From: Polyangiaceae bacterium
GTDB taxonomy: Bacteria; Myxococcota_A; Polyangia; Polyangiales; Polyangiaceae
Direction: 5' to 3'
Length of the DNA stretch: 64,000 nt
Assembly (NCBI GenBank): GCA_044376115.1
Contig: JBILLK010000021.1
Coordinates: 96,001-160,000 of the forward strand
The notes beneath the pieces are model-generated. The model was given only the letters and a program-made list of their open reading frames with translations, made no database searches and had not been told where the DNA came from. Each line of letters starts with the position of its first letter. Position 1 is the first letter of the stretch. The translations under genes were made by a program, and so were the position numbers. Positions 18,977-29,218 of the stretch are shown piece after piece.

Positions 18977-19939
18977 TCAGCCCTCGCGCAGCTCTTCGAA
19001 CTGCGGTGTGCGATCGTCGAGCTCGCTCGCCGAAAGCCAAAGCCGGAGCAAATGGCGCCGGCGGTTCGGCTCCGCTTCATCTTGGTAGGCGTCGCGAGCG
19101 TGCAGCAGATAGGCGTTGCGCAACCACTGGACGTCGCCCGGCTCGAAGTCCATCGCCAGCGAGAGTTCCGGCTCGTGGACGATCTGCTGATAGAGCGTGA
19201 ACGCCTCGGCGTGCTTCGGCGACCAGCGCGGCACGCTCTCGAGCTGTTGCGCGCGCTCGAGGTACCACGGGATGAAGAAGGTCTCGGTCTTCGCGCCGCT
19301 TTCGGTCACGATCGGCCGCGGGAAGGCCTCGGGGAGGCCGCGTGCCTTGCCGCCGGGCAAATGAAAGAACCACGGCTCGAGCAGCAGCTCCGCCAGGTCG
19401 GGCCTGAGCTCTTTCATCCGCTCGAACACCCGCACCGAGCTGACCACGCGGCTCGCTCCGCCGAGGCGCGCGCCGCGCAGGCACAAGAGGCCGATCACAT
19501 CCGCTCCGTCGGTGTGGAAGTCCTGCGCTGCGCACGTCCGATACAGACGGACCTCGGGGTTCGACGGGTCATCGCCTTCATCGCGGACGTGCGTGAGCGT
19601 GTCCCCGTCCAGGTTTTGCTGCATCGGGGTCCCGAGCGCCTCCCCCATCGCCCGATACAGCGCCGTGACATCCGCCAGCGGCCGGTCGACGATCGGAAGA
19701 CCACGCACCAGGATGAAGCCGAGACCGTGTGCCAGCGCCTGCATCGATGCGCGCGTCGCTGCAGTGAGCAGCTCACGCGCCTTGCCGCCGAAGTTCGGAT
19801 CGCTGGTAGCCCCGGCGTCGAGCAGCCGTGCGAGGCCGTCGCGCGTCGCTGCAGCGAGCTCAAAGCTGAAGCGACCAGGATCGCCGCTCAACGTGGAACC
19901 TACGAAGTCCCCAGCTCGCAAACTCATGCTCGTACTCAT
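18977..19939 (-). CDS. TauD/TfdA family Fe(II)/2-oxoglutarate dioxygenase
   Basis: FHTDG (HxD), LLHAR, RHLLRLWL. Confidence 0.85.
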   Translation of the reverse strand: MSTSMSLRAGDFVGSTLSGDPGRFSFELAAATRDGLARLLDAGATSDPNFGGKARELLTAATRASMQALAHGLGFILVRGLPIVDRPLADVTALYRAMGEALGTPMQQNLDGDTLTHVRDEGDDPSNPEVRLYRTCAAQDFHTDGADVIGLLCLRGARLGGASRVVSSVRVFERMKELRPDLAELLLEPWFFHLPGGKARGLPEAFPRPIVTESGAKTETFFIPWYLERAQQLESVPRWSPKHAEAFTLYQQIVHEPELSLAMDFEPGDVQWLRNAYLLHARDAYQDEAEPNRRRHLLRLWLSASELDDRTPQFEELREG

Positions 19940-20076
19940 CGTCGACCTCCGACTCCCCTACGTTGACGGGATATCCGCCGAATGGACGCAGAGATAAATT
20001 AGCCAGGAGCAGAAACGCGACAGACGTTATCAATTTTGCGACAGCAGGTCAGCGAACGGCCGACGTACAGCGGGCC

Positions 20077-21045
20077 ATGCGGTTCGCAACTCCCATGAAG
20101 TTTCACGGTCAGGCAAAACCCACTCGATGGGCGCGCGCCGCGTTGTTGCTCACCCTGCTTGGCTTGTTTCTTAGCCTTGGTTGCAAGCGTCGCCGGGATG
20201 AGGCCAACAAGCAGCCAACGCGGCTGATCGTGGGCTTCAAAACGGCAGCAAAACTCGGCTCCGATCGGGTTGTTTACCTCGGGGATAACGACCTCGCCAA
20301 CGCAACGCTGGTGGTTGATGGGCGTGAAGCTGGCGTGCTCACAGCTGACGCGGAAGGTCCTTCCATCGTCATCGAGCTCCCTGAGGGCAAGGCGCTCTAC
20401 GACCGCTCCCTGACGCTCGCGTTGCGTTTGCCAACGCCCTGCGGAACCTACCTGGACGTCGCGCTCCCCGACTACGGGACGAATCTGACCTCGCCCGAGG
20501 ACGAAGCGCGCGCCCTACGAGGTGAGGTAGGTATGCGCGCCGAGATTCGGCTGGGAGAAACGCCAATCCCCGTGCCCTTCGCTGTGTGGGTCGATGACGT
20601 GGGCCAGGAGAAGGCACTCGTCGAGGTAGGCTCGGTGAAGGTCGAGGGCCGAGTGCCCAGGACCGACGGGAAGCAAGGACCCATGCCGGGCCGCCAAATG
20701 AACCTATGGGGCTTCAACTGCGCGCCAAGCCACGAGGTAAAGGTGGATGGCAAGCTGGTAGGTCAAGTTACGCCAGCCACCTCGAGCAAGGGCATCTTGA
20801 TCTCGACCGAGGCTGGGCGCTGCTACGTTCGGCAGGTGCATCGCTACGCGAGCCAGTACGACTCCCTCGGCGGCGGCACCTCGGACTACGAGGTACCCCG
20901 GGGGCAGGCAGTGGCCATGCCCTGGGGCAGCTTTGACTATTTCCTGCGCAGCGCTCCCGCCAGCGTGGAAGGACCAGGCAGCACCACACGCAGTGCGCTC
21001 GAACGAACGGAGTGCACAACGCCCGCTAAAGGCAAAGCCAAGTAG
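20077..21045 (+). CDS. Hypothetical lipoprotein (start 20077 or 20095)
   Basis: LSLGC lipobox, beta-rich body. Confidence 0.6.
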   Translation: MRFATPMKFHGQAKPTRWARAALLLTLLGLFLSLGCKRRRDEANKQPTRLIVGFKTAAKLGSDRVVYLGDNDLANATLVVDGREAGVLTADAEGPSIVIELPEGKALYDRSLTLALRLPTPCGTYLDVALPDYGTNLTSPEDEARALRGEVGMRAEIRLGETPIPVPFAVWVDDVGQEKALVEVGSVKVEGRVPRTDGKQGPMPGRQMNLWGFNCAPSHEVKVDGKLVGQVTPATSSKGILISTEAGRCYVRQVHRYASQYDSLGGGTSDYEVPRGQAVAMPWGSFDYFLRSAPASVEGPGSTTRSALERTECTTPAKGKAK

Positions 21046-21113
21046 CAGCCGCCGGCAAACCACATGCCCGACGCTCCCGTTCGGCAAAGTCGAATAGGCT
21101 GGTTCGCACAACG

Positions 21114-22103
21114 ATGCTGCGAACGACGACCGCGGGCCTGCTGCTGAGCCTGCTCGCCGCGTGCGAGCGGCCAAAGACACGCTCTCCCGGCGCGATCGCC
21201 GAACCAGAGTTGTCGGTCTCCGCGTTGGGCGTGGAATCGGCCTCCGCCCCGGCTCTGCCACTCGACTCGGCTGCGCCGTCGGCCTCCGCTACGGCCAGCT
21301 CCGCGACGCCGACCGCCGGCTCGAGTTCGACGTTGGTGACGTCGTCGCCCAGCGCTTGGTCGAGCCCAGAGGACAACACCTACGAGGCGGTCCGCGAGTC
21401 GGGCAACCTGGTGATTCACGTGTACGTGCCCTTGTGTCACAACGACCAAGTGGACTGCGGCAGCTCGCTCGCCGGTAAGCCCGACAACCTGAAGCACAAC
21501 CTCTATTGGGGCGCGGTGTTCGGGCAGAAGCGCTTCTTCAGTCGCAAGAGCAGCAAGTGGAGTGAGGTCGCGATCGAGAAAGGTTCCGGCAACGTACTCG
21601 AACGCGCGGTCTATCGCCGCAGCTTTCCCGGTGAGCCGTGGGGACGCGAGGCGCCGATCACCGCCTGGGTGGTGTTCGATGCGCTGCACGGCGACGCGAT
21701 CGACGAGGCCATCGACGGGCTTTATCGCGAGGCCGCCAGTGGCGGCGTGCTCAAGCTGAACGACGGCGAAGAACGCGCGCTGCCGGTCAACGTGGTGGGC
21801 TACGCCGGTCACAACCGCATGATGGACGGAAAGAAGCCGCCAACGACGGAGAGCTCAGCGCCCATCCCGTCGTTCGTGTTCGCCTGCTACTCGCGCAGCT
21901 ACTTCGAGGACGAGCTGAAGCAACGCGGCTCCACCCTGCTGCTCTCGACGCGAGCGCTGATGGCGCCGGAGGGTTACGCGGTGGACGGATTGGTCACCGC
22001 GCTCGCAGAGAACGCGCCGCGCGCCGAGCTGCGCCAAGCCGCAGCCAAGGCCTACGCAACGTGGCAAAAGATCTCGCTCGAGACGGCGCTACGGATCTTT
22101 TGA
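21114..22103 (+). CDS. Hypothetical lipoprotein with conserved-looking globular domain
   Basis: LAAC lipobox; YVPLC, NLYWGA, YAGHN, FACYS, MAPEGY motifs. Confidence 0.7.
   Translation: MLRTTTAGLLLSLLAACERPKTRSPGAIAEPELSVSALGVESASAPALPLDSAAPSASATASSATPTAGSSSTLVTSSPSAWSSPEDNTYEAVRESGNLVIHVYVPLCHNDQVDCGSSLAGKPDNLKHNLYWGAVFGQKRFFSRKSSKWSEVAIEKGSGNVLERAVYRRSFPGEPWGREAPITAWVVFDALHGDAIDEAIDGLYREAASGGVLKLNDGEERALPVNVVGYAGHNRMMDGKKPPTTESSAPIPSFVFACYSRSYFEDELKQRGSTLLLSTRALMAPEGYAVDGLVTALAENAPRAELRQAAAKAYATWQKISLETALRIF
22053..22082 (+). repeat. 30-bp direct repeat, copy 1
   Basis: TACGCAACGTGGCAAAAGATCTCGCTCGAG, identical to 23380-23409. Confidence 0.9.
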
Positions 22104-22115
22104 ACGACGCGTAGG

Positions 22116-23288
22116 CTACTTGACCCCGAAGCCGATCGAGAGCGTCATCGCGTGGATGAAGTTGTTGTTGTAGCCGTCGCCGAACTCTGACGAAAGCGCC
22201 CTCGAGCCCGGCCCGCGCGCGCCTCCGCCCAGATAGCGGAGGTTCAAGAACGTCTCGATGAACTGGGTCGGCGAGTAGCCAACTCGCAGCGACGTATCGA
22301 AGAAGAGCCCCAAGACGGAGCCTTGTTCACTTGGGAACTGGATGGCGATGCCGTCGATCTCGGTGCCAAGGAAGACGTCGTTGTCGAAGGTGTAGCGCCC
22401 GCGGAGCTTGACCAGCGGGACGGGGCCGAGGTTCTGGCTGGTGCGCTGGAGCTTGCCGTCGAGCGACGAGAACTCGAGATCGGCGACGCGCAGCTGCATC
22501 GAAAGGCCTATCGCCAGCTCGTTGTCCCGGTCGGCGAGGAAGTCGTAGAGGTAGCTCAGCCGATAGTAGTCAAAGCCGTAGCGGAACTGCATCGGCGTGC
22601 CGGAGGGAAACGTCAAACCGTTGACCCGCAGATCCTCCGAAAGCGTCGCGCGGGTTCGAAGGTCGATCGGCTGATAGAGCAAAATCAAGTTATGCCGCGC
22701 GAACAGCTCGAGTTCGGCCGATAGCCGCCACGTAAACGAGGCCGAGGCCTGTCCACCGTCGCGTCGCCAATCGAACTCGGTGCCGTCACTGCCACCTTGA
22801 TAGCGGTGCCATGCGACGAAGATCGCCCCAAGCTCGGCGATCGGCCGGACTCTGACGTCGGAGGTCGGGGAGTTGAAGGAGAACCCTCGTACGGCATCGT
22901 AAGGATCCGCCGGCGGCGCGATCGCGGGAGAGGTCGCGGACGCTTCAGCAGGCATGCTGAGCGGCGCGCTGGCGGCAGAGGTCGCCGGTGCCTCGGCTTG
23001 CGCGCTGGGCGGCGCGCTAGCAGGCAACGGAGGCGGAGGCGGCTCCTCCGACGGCGAGGGGATGCTCGCCGGCTGGGCGGCGCTTGAAGGCATTTCCTCT
23101 GGTGCGGGGGCGGGCGGTCGCTCTTGACCATACGCCTGCGAGCCAGGAACCAGCCCGAGCAAGGCGACGAAGGCCCCCGTCAGAAGTGGCAACGCAGTCC
23201 ACGCGGTGCGCTTGGCGGGAGTTGCCAGTGAAGCCTCGCCGGCGAGCTCGCCTTGGGCGGGTTGAAATTCGTGAGCTGCTTTTGTCAT
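22116..23288 (-). CDS. Putative outer-membrane beta-barrel protein with Pro/Ala-rich N-terminal linker
   Basis: Signal-like hydrophobic stretch, alternating amphipathic strands, ends LSIGFGVK. Confidence 0.6.
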   Translation of the reverse strand: MTKAAHEFQPAQGELAGEASLATPAKRTAWTALPLLTGAFVALLGLVPGSQAYGQERPPAPAPEEMPSSAAQPASIPSPSEEPPPPPLPASAPPSAQAEAPATSAASAPLSMPAEASATSPAIAPPADPYDAVRGFSFNSPTSDVRVRPIAELGAIFVAWHRYQGGSDGTEFDWRRDGGQASASFTWRLSAELELFARHNLILLYQPIDLRTRATLSEDLRVNGLTFPSGTPMQFRYGFDYYRLSYLYDFLADRDNELAIGLSMQLRVADLEFSSLDGKLQRTSQNLGPVPLVKLRGRYTFDNDVFLGTEIDGIAIQFPSEQGSVLGLFFDTSLRVGYSPTQFIETFLNLRYLGGGARGPGSRALSSEFGDGYNNNFIHAMTLSIGFGVK

Positions 23289-23379
23289 GGGATCTCCGGT
23301 GCGCGCGGCGCGCCCACAGCCTGCACCGCATCGCCGTGCGCGTCTTTCGATATTGCTGATCTGACCTGCTCTCAGCGCT

Positions 23380-23409
23380 TACGCAACGTGGCAAAAGATC
23401 TCGCTCGAG
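23380..23409 (+). repeat. 30-bp direct repeat, copy 2
   Basis: Identical to 22053-22082. Confidence 0.9.
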
Positions 23410-23846
23410 GCGCCAACCGCACCCAGCTCGTGTTGGGCTCCGTGTTCGTCACGCTCGGGGCTCTGCTAGCGGGGCTCGGCGTCAGCCAGCTGCTGTTCTG
23501 GTGGTCGGGCACACTCGCGGGCTTGACGATCGAGCCAATCGTCCTGCCGCTGAGCCTGGTGTTTCTTGCGACGGGTCTCCCCCGACTGCTGCGAGCTCGC
23601 CGACTGCGTTGGCTCGAGCGGCACGGCGTTCGCGTGCCGGCAGAGGTGCTCGAGGTGATACCCACCCGTGAGGTCATCGACCGTCGGATTCCGGTGGTGA
23701 GGCTGAAGCTGCGCGTGCAGCCGACCGATGCGCCTGCGTTCATCACCGAACTTCGTTGGGCCGTAGGCTTCGAGCCGATGGCGGTTGGACGCCGAATCGA
23801 AGTGCGCCATCGGCCGGGAAGGCCGCGCTGGGTGGCAACGCTCTGA
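23388..23846 (+). CDS. Membrane protein, DUF3592-like (start uncertain)
   Basis: Two TM helices, then G..VPAEVLEV ... VGRRIEVRH OB-like segment. Confidence 0.55.
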   Translation: MAKDLARGANRTQLVLGSVFVTLGALLAGLGVSQLLFWWSGTLAGLTIEPIVLPLSLVFLATGLPRLLRARRLRWLERHGVRVPAEVLEVIPTREVIDRRIPVVRLKLRVQPTDAPAFITELRWAVGFEPMAVGRRIEVRHRPGRPRWVATL

Positions 23847-23915
23847 ACGATGAAGCTCCGAGGGCGGGTTGCACGTGGCGCTCCCCCGTCCGGCTTTCGA
23901 TCTATGTTTCCGAGC

Positions 23916-24869
23916 ATGGGCCACTATCTCTCGGGCGATCTGCAATACGGGCAACTACGTCGTTTCAACCGCTTTCCGTTGATGGCTCAGCTGCTCGAGT
24001 GCGGCGAGATGCTAATGGTGCCGCGCTTCGAGTGGCACAACGCGGAGGACATCGACGACAGCGATCCATTTCTCGAGTCCGCGGATCGCGCAGCGCTCCC
24101 CGCATGGCTTGTTCCGGCTGCGGCCAACGCTGAGTGGTTGCGCGTACCCAGCCAGATCGAGCCGGTTTGGTTCGCCAAACAAGCGGCCGCGGCCTTACGG
24201 GCCGTCGTGAAGACCAGCCGCAAAGGTCGCCGTGGTCGGCTCAAGCTCGCCTTGCCCTTCGCCTTCTTGCTGCGTCGAGCGGATAGCGCGCGCGCCTTCA
24301 CAAGGTTGAACCAACTGCTCACCCGAGCCAACGCGCCCATCATTCCCAGCGAGATGCCGGCGGGTTACGACGCTGAAGCGTTGTGGCCGTGGCACCAGCA
24401 GCACTTCCCCGCGCAGCTGCAGGCGCTGGAGCAGCGCGACCCCGAGGGCAGTTACCTCACGTTGCTGTTTGCACTGACGGCTCTTTTGAACTCCGAGCTC
24501 GAGTCGGTGTTCATCTGCGACGATGAAGGTGCGGTCGAGCTGAGCGACTTTGTCAAACGCAGGTTCTCTCGTTTGAACGGCTCCAAATCGAGCGCGCGCA
24601 GCCGACTCGAAGAGCTCGTTGGGAACATCTTTACCGCACTGAAGAAGCTGGAGAACGCCGAGGCCGAACGCGACGTCGGCTACGCGCTCAGCTACGTCAG
24701 CGATCTCGCCGAAGCGAGTGAACTGGCCGCGCAAGCCTACGTTGCCAGCGCGAGGCTCAAAGCCGAGTCGGATCTCGAGCAGGCCCGTTGTGATCTAGCG
24801 TGGGCCGACCATCTCGCAGGTGGGCGCTATCAAGGGCCGTATGCTGCGGAAGTCGAGCGACTTCGCTGA
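23916..24869 (+). CDS. Hypothetical protein
   Basis: Long ORF; TATGTT-N7-ATG supports the start at 23916. Confidence 0.55.
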   Translation: MGHYLSGDLQYGQLRRFNRFPLMAQLLECGEMLMVPRFEWHNAEDIDDSDPFLESADRAALPAWLVPAAANAEWLRVPSQIEPVWFAKQAAAALRAVVKTSRKGRRGRLKLALPFAFLLRRADSARAFTRLNQLLTRANAPIIPSEMPAGYDAEALWPWHQQHFPAQLQALEQRDPEGSYLTLLFALTALLNSELESVFICDDEGAVELSDFVKRRFSRLNGSKSSARSRLEELVGNIFTALKKLENAEAERDVGYALSYVSDLAEASELAAQAYVASARLKAESDLEQARCDLAWADHLAGGRYQGPYAAEVERLR

Positions 24870-24919
24870 GTGACCCGCTACCTCTTGACGGCGCGCCTAC
24901 CTCTTAGGACTCTGACCGG

Positions 24920-26107
24920 ATGCGTCCCGTAACCGCTCTCGCTCTGCTCGCCGCTCTCAGCGTTCCATCGTTGGCTCTCGCCGAGGACGTTCGGGTCTTC
25001 ATCCTGGCCGGCCAGTCAAACGCGGTGGGTTACGGCGAAGGGGCGGATCTCCCGGCCGCCTTGGCGAACCAAACCGACGTTCTTTACGACTTCTTCAACC
25101 CCGCTTCGCGCAGCGACCCCGACTACGCGAACACGGCATCGCTCGATTGGGAGCCGCTCACCCCCAAGGGCATCGGCCAGTGGTACGGCCCCGAGATCAC
25201 CTTCGCGGATCAGATCAAGGCCGCCCTTCCGGATCGGCGCACGGCGATCGTCAAGGTGGCGGCGGGCGGTACCAACATCAAAGAACATTGGGAGCGCGGC
25301 CTGCCTTCGGATCAGAAGTATCCCGACAAGTCACAGCTCTTTCACTCGCTGATGGGCACGCTGGATTCGGCGGAATACTCCGAGGCCAACGGCAACCCGC
25401 TGCTCTACGCCGCAGAGCCAACCCGCTTGGACAACGCGCTCAATCGCCTAGAGACGCGCGGCGACAACGTCGAGTTCGGCTGCTTCCTTTGGGTGCAAGG
25501 CGAGAATGAAGCCGGCTGGAATGCAGCCTTCACCTACGAAGAAAAGCTCACCGGGTTGATCGCTGCGCTGCGTGAAGATTTGGGTACGCCCGAGCTTCCG
25601 TTCATCCTCGGACGGACCGCCTTGCAGCAAGGGCAGGCCCAAGGTGGCCCTTCACCCGATGCAAACTTGGCGGCCGTGCGAGCTGCACAAGAGGCGGTCG
25701 CTGCGGCCGACCCGTTCGTCGAATGGGTGGATATGGATGACCTACCCGGCGCAGGAGATAGCTACCACTTCGCGACCGAGGGCTATCAGCTCCTGGGCGA
25801 GCGAATGGCCACCGCCTGCGCCGATTTGGTGCAGCCGGGCTCCGGTGGCTCGGGCTCCGGTGGCTCGGGTGCAGGCGGTGAAGGTGGCGCGGCGAGCGGC
25901 GGAGCGAATGCTGGCGGTGCAGAATCGGGCGGAGGCGGTTCTGACGCGACAGGGCCCGCAAGCTCAACCAGCAGTGGCGGTAACAGTGACAGCAGCGATG
26001 ACGGTGGTTGCTCGCATTCGGGGCGGCCAGCGTCATCGCACTTCTTGCTCGCGGTGGTCGGCCTTTTGGGCGTACTTGGACTTCGCCGACATTCGACGCG
26101 CCGATAG
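24920..26107 (+). CDS. Sialate O-acetylesterase (SASA/DUF303, SGNH family) with MYXO-CTERM-like tail
   Basis: LAGQSNA, WVQGENE, DSYH; C-terminal GGCS...hydrophobic...LRRH. Confidence 0.85.
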   Translation: MRPVTALALLAALSVPSLALAEDVRVFILAGQSNAVGYGEGADLPAALANQTDVLYDFFNPASRSDPDYANTASLDWEPLTPKGIGQWYGPEITFADQIKAALPDRRTAIVKVAAGGTNIKEHWERGLPSDQKYPDKSQLFHSLMGTLDSAEYSEANGNPLLYAAEPTRLDNALNRLETRGDNVEFGCFLWVQGENEAGWNAAFTYEEKLTGLIAALREDLGTPELPFILGRTALQQGQAQGGPSPDANLAAVRAAQEAVAAADPFVEWVDMDDLPGAGDSYHFATEGYQLLGERMATACADLVQPGSGGSGSGGSGAGGEGGAASGGANAGGAESGGGGSDATGPASSTSSGGNSDSSDDGGCSHSGRPASSHFLLAVVGLLGVLGLRRHSTRR

Positions 26108-26167
26108 GCGGCCCTCCCCAGCGAAAGCCGTAGCCGGGCTCAGCGACCGGCGGTACAAACCGCCGCT

Positions 26168-28135
26168 ATGAACACGGATGACTCGGGCGGGCATGAGAGC
26201 GGCCACCACCACGGTCCGCTGCTACCCATGTCGCTCGCGGCGCTGGGCGTCGTCTACGGCGACATTGGTACCAGCCCGCTCTATGCGATGAAGGAGTGCG
26301 TGCACGGCCCGCATGCCGTGGCGGCTACGCCGGAGAACGTGCTCGGCCTTCTGTCGCTGATGATTTGGTCGATCACCTTGGTGGTCAGCCTGAAGTACCT
26401 GGTGTTCGTCACGCGCGCGAGCAACCAAGGGGAAGGCGGCGGCCTGGCGATGTTGGCCTTGCTCCAGAGCGTGCTCGCGAAGCCGAAGGTCGCTGGGGCC
26501 ATCGGCATCATCCCGGGCATCATCGTCTTCGGGGCGTGCCTGCTTTACGGCGAGGGCATCCTCACGCCGGCCATCAGCGTGCTCTCGGCGGTCGAGGGCT
26601 TGGGTGTGGCAACGCACACCTTGGATCCGGCGATCGTGCCGATCACGGTGGTGATCCTGATCGGGCTCTTTTGGGTGCAGAAGCGCGGGACCGCAACGAT
26701 CGGCAAAGTGTTCGGGCCGATCATGGTGGTCTGGTTCGTCACGCTGGCCGTGTTGGGCGGCATCTCGATCGCGAAGTATCCGCAGGTCTTCGCCGCGGCC
26801 AACCCGGCCCACGCCGTTCGCTTCTTCGCCGCCAATGGCTGGCACGGCTTCGTGATCCTCGGTTCGGTGGTGTTGTGCATAACCGGCGGTGAAGCGCTCT
26901 ACGCCGATATGGGGCACTTCGGCCGCAAGCCGATCCAAGTGGCTTGGTTCGCGTTGGCGATGCCGGCGCTGCTCATCAACTACCTCGGGCAAGGCGCGCT
27001 GATCATCACCCACCAAGACGACGTAGCGGCGGTCACCAAGAACCCGTTCTATTCGCTGGTGCCCGATGGGCCGTTCATCTACCCGATGGTGGCGCTCTCC
27101 ACCGCAGCCACGGTGATCGCTTCGCAGGCGCTCATTTCCGGCGCTTACTCGCTCACGCGGCAAGCGGTGCAGCTCGGATTTTTACCGCGTATTCCCATCC
27201 GCCATACCTCGAGCCAAGCCGAAGGTCAGATCTACATCTCCTTCATCAACTTTGCTTTGGCAGTGGGCTGCTTGGCGTTGGTGTTGGCCTTCCGTGACTC
27301 CTCCAAGCTCGCTGGGGCGTACGGCATCTCGGTAATGGGAACGATGGCGATCACGTCCACCGCCTTCTTCATCGTGTGCATCAAACGTTGGAAATGGCCG
27401 TTGGTGAAGGCGCTACCGCTCTATCTGTTGTTCCTCTCGGTGGACCTGGCCTTCTTGAGCTCCAACATGCTCAAGCTCTTCGATGGCGGCTTCGTGCCGC
27501 TGATGATCGCCCTCGCCATCTTCTCGATCATGGTGGTGTGGAAGCGCGGTCGCAGTTTGTTGGCCGCCTACTTCGTTCGCGCGTCCAAGCCGCTCGATGA
27601 GTTCCTGAACGGTCTACGCGAGGGCATCTTCCGCGCGGTGGTGCCCGGCAGCAGCAACGAGCGGGTGATCAAGCTGGCGCGGGTCGAGGGCGTCGCTGTG
27701 TTTCTCACCAGCAACCCGGCGGGTACTCCGCCCTTGTTGATGCACCACTCGAGACACAACAAGGCGCTGCATGAAAAGGTGCTGCTGGTAACGGTGGTCA
27801 ATCAATCGGTGCCGCGCGTGAGCGGCAAGCGGGTCGAGACCGAGAAGCTCGAGGCTGGCTTTTACCGCATCCGCATCAACGTCGGCTTCATGGAGACACC
27901 GGACGTTCCGCAGGCCTTGCGCGCGGCCAAGCCGGAGCTCGACTTCGAATGCAACGTCGACGACGTCACCTACTACCTCGGTCGAGAGACCTTGCTCGCC
28001 ACCGAACACGGGCAGATGGGCAAACGCTCCGAACAGCTGTTCGCCTTCCTCACCCGCAACTCGCAACAAGCCTCCAGCTTCTTCGGTATCCCGGCCTCGC
28101 GCGTGGTCGAGATCGGGATGTCGGTGGACTTGTAA
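26168..28135 (+). CDS. kup: Potassium uptake transporter Kup
   Basis: LGVVYGDIGTSPLYA, LTPAISVLSAVEG, GGEALYADMGHFG. Confidence 0.95.
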   Translation: MNTDDSGGHESGHHHGPLLPMSLAALGVVYGDIGTSPLYAMKECVHGPHAVAATPENVLGLLSLMIWSITLVVSLKYLVFVTRASNQGEGGGLAMLALLQSVLAKPKVAGAIGIIPGIIVFGACLLYGEGILTPAISVLSAVEGLGVATHTLDPAIVPITVVILIGLFWVQKRGTATIGKVFGPIMVVWFVTLAVLGGISIAKYPQVFAAANPAHAVRFFAANGWHGFVILGSVVLCITGGEALYADMGHFGRKPIQVAWFALAMPALLINYLGQGALIITHQDDVAAVTKNPFYSLVPDGPFIYPMVALSTAATVIASQALISGAYSLTRQAVQLGFLPRIPIRHTSSQAEGQIYISFINFALAVGCLALVLAFRDSSKLAGAYGISVMGTMAITSTAFFIVCIKRWKWPLVKALPLYLLFLSVDLAFLSSNMLKLFDGGFVPLMIALAIFSIMVVWKRGRSLLAAYFVRASKPLDEFLNGLREGIFRAVVPGSSNERVIKLARVEGVAVFLTSNPAGTPPLLMHHSRHNKALHEKVLLVTVVNQSVPRVSGKRVETEKLEAGFYRIRINVGFMETPDVPQALRAAKPELDFECNVDDVTYYLGRETLLATEHGQMGKRSEQLFAFLTRNSQQASSFFGIPASRVVEIGMSVDL

Positions 28136-28160
28136 GCGGCCGCAGGCTCGCGCGGTCTGT

Positions 28161-29054
28161 CTACTTGCTGTCGAAGCCGAGGAAGAACGTCGGCAGCACC
28201 CCAGCGGCCAGGCCATCGGCGACCAGCGTTCTATCGGTGTCGGTGCGCACCACTCGGAAGCTTTGACCAACCAACACGCTCGCGTCGACGCCGAAGGTGA
28301 ACTGCCTCCGCCTGCGGGGCGACTCGGAGCCGAAGCCGACGCCGAGCCTGAGCCGCGCCCCAGGCAGCAAGCCCGCAAACACGCTGGCGTCGGAGGTCTC
28401 TTTGTAGCCCTCGATATAGGTCGACTCCTGGACGATCGCCCCGAACGCTAACTGCGGACCGACGGCGACGAACAGCGTGTCGAAGAACGTGGCCTCGCCC
28501 ATCAGGTTCACGTAGCCAAGTCCGCCAAACGAGCTCTCGAAGGAAGCGTCTTGCGAGTCCAGGTACACCTGGCTGAAGCCGAACATCACGCCGGCGCTGA
28601 AGTAGCCCGCGAGCAGATCGTTGGCTTGAAAGCCGGACCGCCCTTCGAGTCCGAACATGTACACCGGCCCCGGCGCGAAGATGCTCGCCGTGGCTGAGAC
28701 GCCCGAACGAAAACGCGGCGCGAACTCCCAGTCTTGGTCGAGGGCGGACGGCGGACTCGAGCGAGGGAGGTCGGGCCCCCACTCTTCGTCCTCATCGTCT
28801 TCGTCCTCGTCTTCCGCTTCGTTGGCGGCTTTCGCCTTCGGCCTCGGTTTGGCTTTCTCGGCGGGTGCGCCGTTCTCCCCAGACGGCGTAGTCGCAGCGT
28901 CAGGCGGGGTGGCCGGAGCCACGGGCGCGGTGGCCGGAGCTGCGGGCGGAGTGGCCGGAGCCGCCGGCGGAGTGGGAGCCGGGGCCTCCTGGGCGTGAAC
29001 CAACGCAGGCGCAGCCAAGAGAGCGATGACGCAGAACCAGCGATGAGCCTTCAC
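28161..29054 (-). CDS. Hypothetical exported beta-barrel-like protein with PAAPATP repeats
   Basis: Signal peptide, Pro/Ala repeats, acidic tract, amphipathic beta strands. Confidence 0.6.
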   Translation of the reverse strand: MKAHRWFCVIALLAAPALVHAQEAPAPTPPAAPATPPAAPATAPVAPATPPDAATTPSGENGAPAEKAKPRPKAKAANEAEDEDEDDEDEEWGPDLPRSSPPSALDQDWEFAPRFRSGVSATASIFAPGPVYMFGLEGRSGFQANDLLAGYFSAGVMFGFSQVYLDSQDASFESSFGGLGYVNLMGEATFFDTLFVAVGPQLAFGAIVQESTYIEGYKETSDASVFAGLLPGARLRLGVGFGSESPRRRRQFTFGVDASVLVGQSFRVVRTDTDRTLVADGLAAGVLPTFFLGFDSK

Positions 29055-29218
29055 CTTCGGTCACTCCTTGCGTCCCCTCCGAACGTGGCTTCGCTCGGGC
29101 TGCGCATGCCTTCGTGATACCCAGGCTAAGGCGTTGAGGTTCCCGTCGGAAGCGTGCTCACGATTCAGCGCCGCGTAGCACCGCCCTGCGCTTGCTGCGC
29201 TGGGCTACCATCGGGAAC

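Noticed and set aside
28903..28990. 21-nt periodic repeats containing GTGGCCGGAGC
   Set aside because: In-frame coding repeats (PAAPATP linker) with no unique spacers and no cas genes; not CRISPR.
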